In this document: positions 8,377 through 17,393 of the stretch, in pieces
How the letters are laid out: the number at the start of each line of letters is the position of its first letter
How positions within the stretch are numbered: the first letter of the stretch is position 1
Virus record (IMG/VR): IMGVR_UViG_3300047494_000058
Span: 1 to 64,000 of that record
Reading direction: 5' to 3' (one strand)
Origin: a virus
DNA: 64,000 nucleotides
Notes under the pieces: model-generated
What the model was told of the DNA's origin: nothing
The model's input: the letters and a program-made list of their open reading frames with translations, nothing else
The model's database searches: none
Made by a program: the position numbers and the translations under genes

Positions 8377-11300
8377 ATGGCCGTTGCAATTCGTCAGTAC
8401 GTCGATAGCGGGAACTCGAACGGCCCTTCAGGCGGCTATCCGTCCACGTGGAGTGTTTCTCCAAGCTCAGCGACGCTCGTCGGCTCGTGCTTGGTTATTC
8501 AATATTGTTTGTCCAACGACAACGGCGACGTCACCCTCACGTGTGCCGATTCGAAGGGCAATACCTACGTTAAGCGCGGCGACGTTGCCGATACGAGCAG
8601 CAACGGCGACGAGCGCTACGTCTGGTTCGTGTGTGATAGCGCGACGCACGCGCTCTCCTCGACCGATACGATTACCGTCACCGGGTCGGGCACCGACTAC
8701 AACGAGTCGCTGTTCTGGGAGTTGACCGGATCGACCGGATACCTCACCTACGCCGGCAACTGGCAGCAGGGCATCTCGGGTTCGAGCGCGAACAACCTCA
8801 ACACCGGCAGCCTGGCTTGTGGCTCCGCGTCGAGCGTATTTGTCCTCGCTTGCTCGATGAACTCCACCGGTAGCGGCACGACACCCTACTACCCGATAGT
8901 CGGCACCGGGCTCACAAACGGCGGCAACTGGTTTAAATTCGACCAGGCTGGCAACGTCTATACGGCGGTCTGGGGGTACGGTACCTTTGCGTCGCCCGGC
9001 ACGTTCTCGGCGAAGTTCACGTCGTCAAGCGGCTCATCGTCCGACAACTACGTCACCTCCGGTATCGCGTTCGGCGTATCGAGTGGCGGCGGCGGCTCGG
9101 CGGCGCTGGCCGGGCCGGCCCCGGCGATCGCATCGGCCGCGGGCGCGCTGCTCACCACCATCGCGCTGATCGGCGGTGGCGGCGGCTCGCTGTCGACGGG
9201 CTCGGGATCATTAACCACTTCCAAGCCGCTGGGTAGTGCGCCCGCGGCCTCGGTCATCACCGGCCAGGGCAGCCTCAGGGTCGGCGCCGCACTGACTGGC
9301 GCGGCCCGCTCCGTCGTGTCGAGCGGCGGCGGGTTCGTGAGTTCGGCGCCGCTGGCCGGCACCGGCCGGGCGCTGGTGGGCAGCCAGGCGGCGCTCACAA
9401 CCGGCGTGTCGCTGTCCGGCCAGGCGTTCATCCCGGGCCAGGCCGTCGGCGTGTTCACCGCCTCAACCGTGTCGGGCCTGAGCTTCGGCATCGCCCAGTC
9501 CGCACACGCGGGCACCGCGGTCACCAACATTACGACCACCCCGCTGACCTCGGTCAACGGCTCGGGGTTCGTGATCGGCGTGATCTCGCGCAACGGCGTG
9601 TCGCCGACAGTCGCCGACAGCTACGGTAACGCCTACGTACAGATCGGCACGACCCAGGTGTACCAGGGCGGCCAGGCGTGTTCGTCCCTATGGCTCTGCT
9701 CCAACGGCGTGGGCGGCGCGAATCACACCGCGTCGGCGTTTCAGGGTACGCCGGCCGACCTGTCGGTATACTTCCAGGAAGTCCGCAACAACGCCGGCTA
9801 TGGCGTGCTGCTCGACGCGCTGTCACAGGTCGACGCCTCGACCAGCCCGTACACCTCGGGGTCGATCAACACAGTCCACCCGCAGGAGGTGGTGCTGTCG
9901 TTCTTTGCCGGCTTCTCGGCGCAGAATCCGGCAACCCTGACAACGACGCTCGGCAATACGACCAATTCCCAGGTTAACGGTTCGACCGGCAACGAGGCGC
10001 TGGGCGCCCTGTCGGGCGCGATCTACACGATGCCGCAGACCGGGCTCACCGCGTCCTGGACGCAGGCGAGCAACCCGGCCGATGCGTCGGTGTCGATCCT
10101 GAGCTTTTACGCGACGCCGGTCCCGGGCATCTTTGTAGGCGGCGCGGCCTCGAATGTGGCCGCCTCGGGCGCGCTCACCACGACGACCGCGTTCCCGGCG
10201 TCGCAGGCCGCCGGGCTGGCGTCGGCCGCGGGCGCCCTGACCAACTTCGCGTCCATCGTCCTTACAACGCCGGCCACCGTCGGTATCGGATCGTTCTACG
10301 ATCCGTACCTGTGGGAGGATGAACAGCCCTTCCCCGGCTGCACCGCGTACTGGGACCCCACGTATCTGACGGTCCGGGCCGACGGCTCGATGCGCTCGAC
10401 CGCGGTCAACGTCCGGGTGCAACTGCAGTTCGTCGACCCGGCCGGCAACACCGGCCAGGCGGTCCTGGTCATCACCTCGGGCGAGGTGGGCGTGGCGCAG
10501 GGGCTGGCTAGTGCCACCGGCTCATTGACCACCGTCCCCAGTGTTTTCGGCGGCCTCGCGTCGGCCGTGAGCAGCGCATCCGGTACCATAGTGGCGGGTA
10601 TCCCCCTGGCGGGCGCCGCGGTGGCCGTCGCGACCGGCAACGGCGACACGATCCTGAACGGGATCAATCTGAACGGTGCAGCGTACGTCCTGGTAAACGC
10701 AACGCCGACGCTGATCAACCAGGTGGCGGTATTTACCGGCCCGGCATGCGCCACGGTGTCGGCAGCCGGCAACCTGGTACTCACCGCCACCCTGGCGGGC
10801 GGCGCGCAGGCCCGGGTGAACGCGGCCGGAGTGCTCAGCCACGGTGCGCAGCTGGTCGGCCCGGCGCCGGTCGTAGCTACCGGCGGCGCTGCCTTCACGG
10901 CGGCCATCCGGCCGTCCGGGGCGGCCCGCGGGCTGGCATCCGCTACTGGAGCCCTCCTTACCGGCTCGCGCCTGACCGGAGCCGCGGGAAGTACCACGAC
11001 GGGCACGGGCGCGCTGGTACTGCGGGCCGCGCTCGCCGGCCGGGCTCAGACGCTGGTGGCCGCGCCCGCGGCCCTGAGCGCGGGCGCGGGCTTCACCGGG
11101 GCGGCCCGTGCGGTGGTCACCGCGGCCGGCGCACCCCGCGTCGGGGCCGGGCTCAACGGCCAGGCTCGGGCAGTGGTGACAGCCCGCGGTGGCGGCCAGT
11201 CGAACATCCAGCTGGCGGGCGCGGCGTACTGCATCATCTACTCGGACCCTGAACTCACGACCGACCAGAGCCCGGTTGGAATGTACCATGGAGACCCCAA

Positions 11301-11643
11301 CCTCGTGATCGGCCCCAAGTTCTACCAGAATCCGGGATATGTGACCCTCGGACCTACCGAACAGCGCATCATCACCTGCGACTACACGGCGGACCTGGCC
11401 GAGGGCGAGACCCTGGTGGGCGTGGCCATCGCGGCGGTCGAGAACACCGCGGGCTCGGACCCGATGCTCGTATCGCTGGTGTCGGGCCTGCTGTCGTTCA
11501 ACGTAGGCCAGACCCAGGTGCTGGTACCGGTGAACGGCGCCAACGGCCTGCTCGATAATGACTACTACATCACCGTGACCTGCGCCACCAGCAACCCGCA
11601 GAAGGTGCTGGACCGGTTCGTACTGGTCATGGTTCGGAGTTAA
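8377..11643 (+). CDS. Large fibre protein: two beta-sandwich domains, long Ala/Gly repeat arrays and a C-terminal fibre-adaptor-like domain
   Basis: GGAG RBS. Repeats such as LAGPAPAIASAAGALLTT. The C-terminus PTEQRIITCDYTADLAEGETL..DYYITVTCATS resembles phage fibre-tail adaptor proteins. Confidence 0.7.
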   Translation: MAVAIRQYVDSGNSNGPSGGYPSTWSVSPSSATLVGSCLVIQYCLSNDNGDVTLTCADSKGNTYVKRGDVADTSSNGDERYVWFVCDSATHALSSTDTITVTGSGTDYNESLFWELTGSTGYLTYAGNWQQGISGSSANNLNTGSLACGSASSVFVLACSMNSTGSGTTPYYPIVGTGLTNGGNWFKFDQAGNVYTAVWGYGTFASPGTFSAKFTSSSGSSSDNYVTSGIAFGVSSGGGGSAALAGPAPAIASAAGALLTTIALIGGGGGSLSTGSGSLTTSKPLGSAPAASVITGQGSLRVGAALTGAARSVVSSGGGFVSSAPLAGTGRALVGSQAALTTGVSLSGQAFIPGQAVGVFTASTVSGLSFGIAQSAHAGTAVTNITTTPLTSVNGSGFVIGVISRNGVSPTVADSYGNAYVQIGTTQVYQGGQACSSLWLCSNGVGGANHTASAFQGTPADLSVYFQEVRNNAGYGVLLDALSQVDASTSPYTSGSINTVHPQEVVLSFFAGFSAQNPATLTTTLGNTTNSQVNGSTGNEALGALSGAIYTMPQTGLTASWTQASNPADASVSILSFYATPVPGIFVGGAASNVAASGALTTTTAFPASQAAGLASAAGALTNFASIVLTTPATVGIGSFYDPYLWEDEQPFPGCTAYWDPTYLTVRADGSMRSTAVNVRVQLQFVDPAGNTGQAVLVITSGEVGVAQGLASATGSLTTVPSVFGGLASAVSSASGTIVAGIPLAGAAVAVATGNGDTILNGINLNGAAYVLVNATPTLINQVAVFTGPACATVSAAGNLVLTATLAGGAQARVNAAGVLSHGAQLVGPAPVVATGGAAFTAAIRPSGAARGLASATGALLTGSRLTGAAGSTTTGTGALVLRAALAGRAQTLVAAPAALSAGAGFTGAARAVVTAAGAPRVGAGLNGQARAVVTARGGGQSNIQLAGAAYCIIYSDPELTTDQSPVGMYHGDPNLVIGPKFYQNPGYVTLGPTEQRIITCDYTADLAEGETLVGVAIAAVENTAGSDPMLVSLVSGLLSFNVGQTQVLVPVNGANGLLDNDYYITVTCATSNPQKVLDRFVLVMVRS

Positions 11644-11644
11644 T

Positions 11645-13024
11645 ATGCCCACGCTCGACCGCGCCACGATCCTGACCGGCAACCTGCCGGACGGCATCAA
11701 GCGCTACCGTTCGTCGGTGGAGGACCGCTCGGCGTTCCATGCGCCCACCCAGCTGGGCAAATCGCAGCACGAGACCCCGGAAGGGTACCTGCTGTGCAAG
11801 GATGTGTGCATCGCGCGCATCGGCGAGCAGCAGTACCACAAGAGCGAACTCGCGCTCGACGCGGACGGCTCGGGCAACATCACGGTCATGCGCGTCCCTG
11901 AGGAGGTGTTCGACGCCACCGCGCTGGCCTCCTTCGAAGGCAAGTCGGTCACGGTTGAGCACCCCAACGAGTTCGTTAATCCGTCCAACGTGCGGCGGCT
12001 CGAAGTCGGCACAGTGCACAATGTGCACCGCGGCGACGGCATCGAGGACGATATGGTGGTGGCGGACCTTCTGATCAAGGACCCGGCAGCCATCGCCTAC
12101 GCAAAGAAGATGAAACCCGAGGTCAGCTGCGGTTATGACTGCGAGTACGACCAGAAAGAACCAGGCCATGCGATTCAGCGGATGATCCGCGGCAATCACG
12201 TGGCGCTAGTAGATCGGGGCCGCGCCGGCCCTCGATGCGCGATAAAGGACCATATGGGCGGTCCCCCCGACACTGCAACATTTTTAAGAGGTTTATTCAC
12301 CATGGCAGACAACAAACCCCTATCCAAGCTCGCCCGCATCCGCGCAGCCTTCAAGGCTCAGGACGCGGTCGCGATGGAACAGGAACTCGGCACCCAAGAC
12401 GAAGAGGAAACAATGATGGACAGTTCTATGGACGCGAAGATCAAAGATGCGCTCGACTGGATCGCGGAACAGCGTTCACAGGACGCGGCGAAAAAGCAGC
12501 AGGACGCGGTTGACAAGGCTGTGAAGGACGCCCTCGAAAAGAAGGCCAAGGAGGAGTGTGACGCCAAGGATGCCGCCGACAAGGCAGCCAAGGACGCGAT
12601 GCTCAGCGCCGAGAAGGCCCCGCCGGCCCCGGACCTGGGCGTCCTGCACACGGGCGACTCCCTAAAGGCCGTACTGGGCCACGCCGAGATCCTCAGCCCC
12701 GGCATCAAGGCGCCGACCGTCGATGCGGCAAACGCGACCAAGGACGCGGTTCCCAAGCTCATGCTGCAGGCTCTGTCCGACGCGTACAAGACCGATATCG
12801 GCAAGGCGGCCATCGACCCGCTGCTGGCCGGCCGCACCATCGACGCCATCACGACTGTCAACGTTGCCGACATCTTCCACGGCGCGGCAGCCTTGGTGGC
12901 CGCGCACAACAACCGCGGCAATAAGCCCGCACCGTTGTCTACGCGGGACTTCGGCAAGCCCACGTCCATCGAGGACATGAGCAAACAGTATAGCGATTTC
13001 TGGGCCAAGCGCCTGCAGGCGTAA
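11645..13024 (+). CDS. Prohead protease/scaffold (DUF2213 family)
   Basis: TPEGYLLC..ARIG.Q.Y, SFEGKSVT.EHP, EVSCGY and GNHVALVDRGRAG motifs, followed by an acidic helical scaffold tail. Confidence 0.9.
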   Translation: MPTLDRATILTGNLPDGIKRYRSSVEDRSAFHAPTQLGKSQHETPEGYLLCKDVCIARIGEQQYHKSELALDADGSGNITVMRVPEEVFDATALASFEGKSVTVEHPNEFVNPSNVRRLEVGTVHNVHRGDGIEDDMVVADLLIKDPAAIAYAKKMKPEVSCGYDCEYDQKEPGHAIQRMIRGNHVALVDRGRAGPRCAIKDHMGGPPDTATFLRGLFTMADNKPLSKLARIRAAFKAQDAVAMEQELGTQDEEETMMDSSMDAKIKDALDWIAEQRSQDAAKKQQDAVDKAVKDALEKKAKEECDAKDAADKAAKDAMLSAEKAPPAPDLGVLHTGDSLKAVLGHAEILSPGIKAPTVDAANATKDAVPKLMLQALSDAYKTDIGKAAIDPLLAGRTIDAITTVNVADIFHGAAALVAAHNNRGNKPAPLSTRDFGKPTSIEDMSKQYSDFWAKRLQA

Positions 13025-13059
13025 CCCTTCTCTCCCACCCATAACGAGGTTTTCATCAC

Positions 13060-13572
13060 ATGGCTCAGAGCAATACGATTCTTTACCGTATGCCTTTCGG
13101 CGTACCCGGCGACCTGTCGCGCCCGTCAGTGGCGACGGTCGAAGCACAGCCCTACAACTCGTCCCTGCCGTTTGCCTCCTACGGCATCCCCGGCAAGATC
13201 GCCAACGGTCTGTTCGTCCCGATCTCAACGTCCGCCGACATCATCTACGGGTTCCTGGTCCGTCCGTACCCCACGACCGGCGCGAACGCGTCCGATCCGC
13301 TGGGTACCGGCGTGCCCCTGGCCTCGGCCCTGCTCGCCAATATCATGCGCCGCGGCTACATGAACGTGGTTTGCAATGCCGGCACGCCGACACTCGGCGG
13401 CGCAGTTTACGTGCGCTATGCCAACGGCACGCTCGGCACGCCCATTGGCGGCCTTGAGGCCACCTCAGTCGGCGGCTCGAATTTCGCGATCACCGCCACC
13501 AATGGCTCCCCGGTGTACTTCACCGGTCCCGCCGACGGCGCCGGCAACTGCGAAATCGCGTACAACATCTAA
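13060..13572 (+). CDS. Capsid cement/decoration protein
   Basis: YRMPFGVPGDLSRP..GFLVRPYP..MRRGY motifs. Lies between the protease and the major capsid gene. Confidence 0.8.
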   Translation: MAQSNTILYRMPFGVPGDLSRPSVATVEAQPYNSSLPFASYGIPGKIANGLFVPISTSADIIYGFLVRPYPTTGANASDPLGTGVPLASALLANIMRRGYMNVVCNAGTPTLGGAVYVRYANGTLGTPIGGLEATSVGGSNFAITATNGSPVYFTGPADGAGNCEIAYNI

Positions 13573-13608
13573 GCGCTCGGCGCACCAACCCCTCCGGAGT
13601 TCAATTAC

Positions 13609-14694
13609 ATGCTCATCTCTCAATCCGTATCGGCTGCGCTCGCCGCACGCAACGCGCAGCCCGCCATGAGTGTCGTCGACAGCGTCGACACTCGCCTCAC
13701 GCACCGTAAGCGGCTCGAAACCCGCGACGGCCTGATGACCTACGACGCGCAGGTCATCGACTCATCCGGCGTGTTCCTCGTCGGCGAGTTGGAAAAGCTG
13801 GACCAGCGGCTGCACATGCCGCTGGCATCGTACACCTGGGCGCGCGACATCGACCTGCGCCAGGACGTGTCGATGGCGGACGAAGAGTCCAGCTTCACGA
13901 ATTCGAGCTTCGCCAGCGCCCAGGGCGTCGCGGGCTCGAACAAGGCGTGGGCCGGCAAGGACTCCAGCGCCATCGTCGGAATGTCGCTCGACATCGGCAA
14001 GACCATCCAGCCCCTGCCCATCTGGGCGGTGCAGCTGTCATGGACGCTGCCGGAACTGCAGAGCGCTGCGAAACTCGGCCGCCCGGTCGACGCGCAGAAG
14101 TTCGAGGCGATGCAGCTGAAGTACCAGATGGACATCGACGAAGAGACCTACATGGGCGACAGCGTCCTGGGTATGAACGGTCTGTTCAATCACTCGGCGC
14201 TGACCAACGTGGGCAACGCGCTCACGGGCGGTTGGGCGAGTGCGTCGCCGGCCCAGATCCTGGCCGACATCAACGCGCTCCTCACCTCGGTGTGGGCCGC
14301 GACCGGTTATGCGGTCATGCCGTCCCGGCTGCTGGTCGACCCGGCCTCGTACACGCTGCTGCGCTCCACGCTGATCAGCACCGCGGGTAACATCTCGATC
14401 CTCAAGTTCGTGATGGAGAACAACGCGGCGGTCGGTGTCGCCACCGAACCGTTCCTGATCCTGCCCTGCAAGTGGCTCACCGGCACCAACAACGGCGGCA
14501 AAGGCCCGGCGGCGACGAACTCGATGTTCGCCTACGTCAAGGACCCGATGCGCGTCCGTCTGCCGCTGGTCCCATTGCAGCGCACCCCGATCGAGTACCG
14601 CGACATCCGGCAGATCACCACGTACTTCGGCCGCATCGGCGGCGTCGAAATGGTGTACCCGGAAGTGTGCGGCCGGCGTTCCAACCTGGGCTAA
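13609..14694 (+). CDS. Major capsid protein (DUF2184 / encapsulin-like HK97 fold)
   Basis: DSSGVFLVGELEKLD..PL..YTW.RDI.LR and KYQMDIDE..Y.GD motifs. Confidence 0.92.
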   Translation: MLISQSVSAALAARNAQPAMSVVDSVDTRLTHRKRLETRDGLMTYDAQVIDSSGVFLVGELEKLDQRLHMPLASYTWARDIDLRQDVSMADEESSFTNSSFASAQGVAGSNKAWAGKDSSAIVGMSLDIGKTIQPLPIWAVQLSWTLPELQSAAKLGRPVDAQKFEAMQLKYQMDIDEETYMGDSVLGMNGLFNHSALTNVGNALTGGWASASPAQILADINALLTSVWAATGYAVMPSRLLVDPASYTLLRSTLISTAGNISILKFVMENNAAVGVATEPFLILPCKWLTGTNNGGKGPAATNSMFAYVKDPMRVRLPLVPLQRTPIEYRDIRQITTYFGRIGGVEMVYPEVCGRRSNLG

Positions 14695-14742
14695 TAGGCG
14701 CCCGCAGTTCGATAAAATCTTGTAAATGTAGGGGTAAACAAT

Positions 14743-15405
14743 ATGACGATTCGACGAGTGTTGAAAGCATTCCGCTTCAGCCTGCCGGCCAAGCAGACCG
14801 GCAGGCTGTCAAGTGAACTCATCTTCGCACCGGGAGACCATGACATCCCGGACGAGGTGCTTGCCCACCCCTGGATGCAGGGAGGAGCGGACGGCTCTCT
14901 GGAGACGCACGAGGCCGCGGTCGAGCGCACCAAAAAGGCGCAAGTCCATGCGGAACATCAGGCCGACATAGCGGCCAAGGCCCAGCGCGATGCGCAGGCA
15001 GCACTATCCCGGCTCGAAGCGGCGCACAAGGCCGACGAGCCCAACCGCAGGTTAGCGGCCGATCAACTGAACCAGTCCGTCGGGACGATCCGCGCCCGGC
15101 AGGATGGGGTGAACATGGAAGACCCGGAGTTTCAGAAAGCGCTCAATACGCCGTTGAACGCCCTGCCGGTGTCCACGCCCGGCACGACCGGCGAGCAGTC
15201 CGACGCACAGGTGGCCGGCGCGACGCCCAATGGCGGCTCAAACCTGCCGGGCAGCCCGACGCAGTCCGACGTGACGAGTGGCGCGGCCGATCCCGGCGCA
15301 CCGCCTCCGGAGCTTACCGACAAGGAAACCTCGACCGATGAGGGTACCGAGACGGACGCTGAGGGTAAGCAGGTCCCCAAGGCCAAGGGCAAGAAGGGTA
15401 AGTAA
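14743..15405 (+). CDS. Phage head-associated protein with a disordered acidic tail
   Basis: N-terminal V.K.F.F..F.PG.HDIPDEV..HPW motif, typical of the gene after this type of major capsid protein. Confidence 0.7.
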   Translation: MTIRRVLKAFRFSLPAKQTGRLSSELIFAPGDHDIPDEVLAHPWMQGGADGSLETHEAAVERTKKAQVHAEHQADIAAKAQRDAQAALSRLEAAHKADEPNRRLAADQLNQSVGTIRARQDGVNMEDPEFQKALNTPLNALPVSTPGTTGEQSDAQVAGATPNGGSNLPGSPTQSDVTSGAADPGAPPPELTDKETSTDEGTETDAEGKQVPKAKGKKGK

Positions 15406-15828
15406 GTGGCAGTCACGCCCGCGAGCTTCCGGCAGGCGTTCCCGCAGTTCAAGAACCCGGACAAGTTCGGCGACTTTGCGATCACCATGTGGTCGGGCAT
15501 CGCCTACAACCTGCTCGATCCTGTGCGGTGGGACGTCATGCTCGACTATGGGGCGATGCTGTACACGGCCCACCGGCTGGTGCTGATGGAGCGCGACGTA
15601 CTGACTGCCATCGGCGGCGGCATACCGGGCGCAGTCACAGGAGTGCTGACCGCCAAGGCGATTGACAAGGTATCGTCCTCGTACGACGCCCAGTCAGTGA
15701 CCCTGGAAGATGGCGGCGACTACAACATGACCCGGTACGGCATCGAACTCCTCAAACTGATGCGGCAGTTTGGCATGGGCGGCTTGCAGATGTCAGGGGT
15801 CGGCGAGTATGGCCCAGGCTGCTGGTAA
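15406..15828 (+). CDS. Head-tail adaptor (DUF4054 family)
   Basis: FRQAFPQF, LYTAH.L, K.IDKVS.SYD and YN.T.YG motifs. Confidence 0.85.
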   Translation: MAVTPASFRQAFPQFKNPDKFGDFAITMWSGIAYNLLDPVRWDVMLDYGAMLYTAHRLVLMERDVLTAIGGGIPGAVTGVLTAKAIDKVSSSYDAQSVTLEDGGDYNMTRYGIELLKLMRQFGMGGLQMSGVGEYGPGCW

Positions 15829-16387
15829 GAACCTCGAAGTCAGGGATAACACCAGGCGGATCTTTCAGGCGCTGGAGACGTTGCTCGGGCACGAGATCCT
15901 GGTGGGCATCCCCGAGGATAAGAGCCAGCGGCCGGGCGACTCCGACATCACCAACGCCGCGCTCGCCTACATTCACGAGTTCGGCAGCCCTGCAGCCAAT
16001 GTGCCGGCCCGGCCGTTCCTGTTCCGCGGCATCGCGGCAGCCGAAAAGCCGGTGCTGCTGCAATTAAAGAAGGCTGGCAAGGCGGCCATGGACGGCGACG
16101 CGGGCCGCGCTCTGCAGTACATGCACGCGGCCGGCAGCGTGGCGAGCAACTCGGTGCGCGACACGCTCCTTAAGGGCGAGGGCTGGGACCCGCTGTCACC
16201 GCAGACGATCCTGAACCGCAACCGGTCGCGCGGCACCAAGTCGCACCGCAAGGAAGAGTTGTACTACCTGGCGCTGTACTCCTCAGGCATGGACGCGGCC
16301 GATGCCCAGAGCGCGGCCAACATTAAGCCTTTAATCAACACAGGCGAGATGTTCCGCGCGATCACGTATGTAATCAAGAAGGTCTGA
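15809..16387 (+). CDS. Neck / tail completion protein
   Basis: LVGIP, NAALAYIHEFGSPAANVPARPFL and KPLINTG motifs. The start is placed at ATG 15809. Confidence 0.8.
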   Translation: MAQAAGKNLEVRDNTRRIFQALETLLGHEILVGIPEDKSQRPGDSDITNAALAYIHEFGSPAANVPARPFLFRGIAAAEKPVLLQLKKAGKAAMDGDAGRALQYMHAAGSVASNSVRDTLLKGEGWDPLSPQTILNRNRSRGTKSHRKEELYYLALYSSGMDAADAQSAANIKPLINTGEMFRAITYVIKKV

Positions 16388-16388
16388 T

Positions 16389-16784
16389 ATGCCCCTGCTC
16401 GACATGTCGGACGTGCTGTACGACCCGGACTTCCTCGATATTAATCTGTCGTGCGCGCGTAACCTGCAGGTCGTGGGCAGTAACGGCGTCGCCACCGACA
16501 ATATTACGACCCTGCCGTTCGCGGCGACCGTCACCAGCTTCGGCGGTGACGAACTCAAGCGCTCGGCAGACGGTGAGTACATTACGCAGACCATCACGCT
16601 GGTTACCGCGTTCAAGCTTACCGATGGTAAGGCGTTCATCGACGGGCGCGTGTACACGGCCGACATCATCACCTACCGCGGCAGCCAGTACACGGTGATG
16701 CATGTAGATGATTACTCGGCGTACGGTCACGGCTTCATCCAGGCGACCGCGGAACTGCTGCCGCTGGCCGGACGCGACGATTGA
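16389..16784 (+). CDS. Head-tail stopper/joining protein
   Basis: MPLLD.SDVL.DPDF..D..AD.I.Y.G..Y.V..V.DYS.YG.GF motif and gene position. Confidence 0.75.
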   Translation: MPLLDMSDVLYDPDFLDINLSCARNLQVVGSNGVATDNITTLPFAATVTSFGGDELKRSADGEYITQTITLVTAFKLTDGKAFIDGRVYTADIITYRGSQYTVMHVDDYSAYGHGFIQATAELLPLAGRDD

Positions 16785-17389
16785 TGGGTAACAGTTCCCT
16801 CACCTACGGGTACCTGACGCCGAATACGCCCTACCCGGCGGACGACGACGCGCTCACTGCGATCCTGCAGGGCATGGTAGTCGGCATCACGGGGCTCGAC
16901 GGGACGCTGGTCCGGCCGCGCTGGCAGCCGGTGATCCCCAAGATGCCCGAACCGTCGACCAGCTGGTGCGCCATCGGGGTTTCCACCACCGTGCCTGACG
17001 ACGGACCGTACATAGGCTATGACCCCCTCAACGACGTTGGTCCCTACATCCGGCACGAGACCATCGAACTGGCTTGCACATTTTACGGCCCACAGGCCAA
17101 GCAGTACGTATCCATCCTGCGCGACGGCCTGGGCATCCCGCAGAACACCGACGTACTACGGGCCAATAACATGGCTTGGGTTTCGTGTGGCCCGATCCAG
17201 CAGGTCCCAGAACTGTTCAACCAGCAGTGGATACGGCGCCAGGATATGACGGTCACCCTGCGGCGTGAGGTCACGCGTACCTACAACATCACCTATCTCG
17301 CAATCGCTGCGGTCGACCTCAGAACCGACGGCACGCCGGCACTCGACTCGGAATCAGTAATTCCGCCCACAGCTACCTTGGAGCCTTAA
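16781..17389 (+). CDS. Tail/neck terminator protein
   Basis: GITGL.G.LVRPRWQP..P..P...WCAIG..FYGP motif. Lies directly before the sheath gene. Confidence 0.8.
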   Translation: MMGNSSLTYGYLTPNTPYPADDDALTAILQGMVVGITGLDGTLVRPRWQPVIPKMPEPSTSWCAIGVSTTVPDDGPYIGYDPLNDVGPYIRHETIELACTFYGPQAKQYVSILRDGLGIPQNTDVLRANNMAWVSCGPIQQVPELFNQQWIRRQDMTVTLRREVTRTYNITYLAIAAVDLRTDGTPALDSESVIPPTATLEP

Positions 17390-17393
17390 CAAC

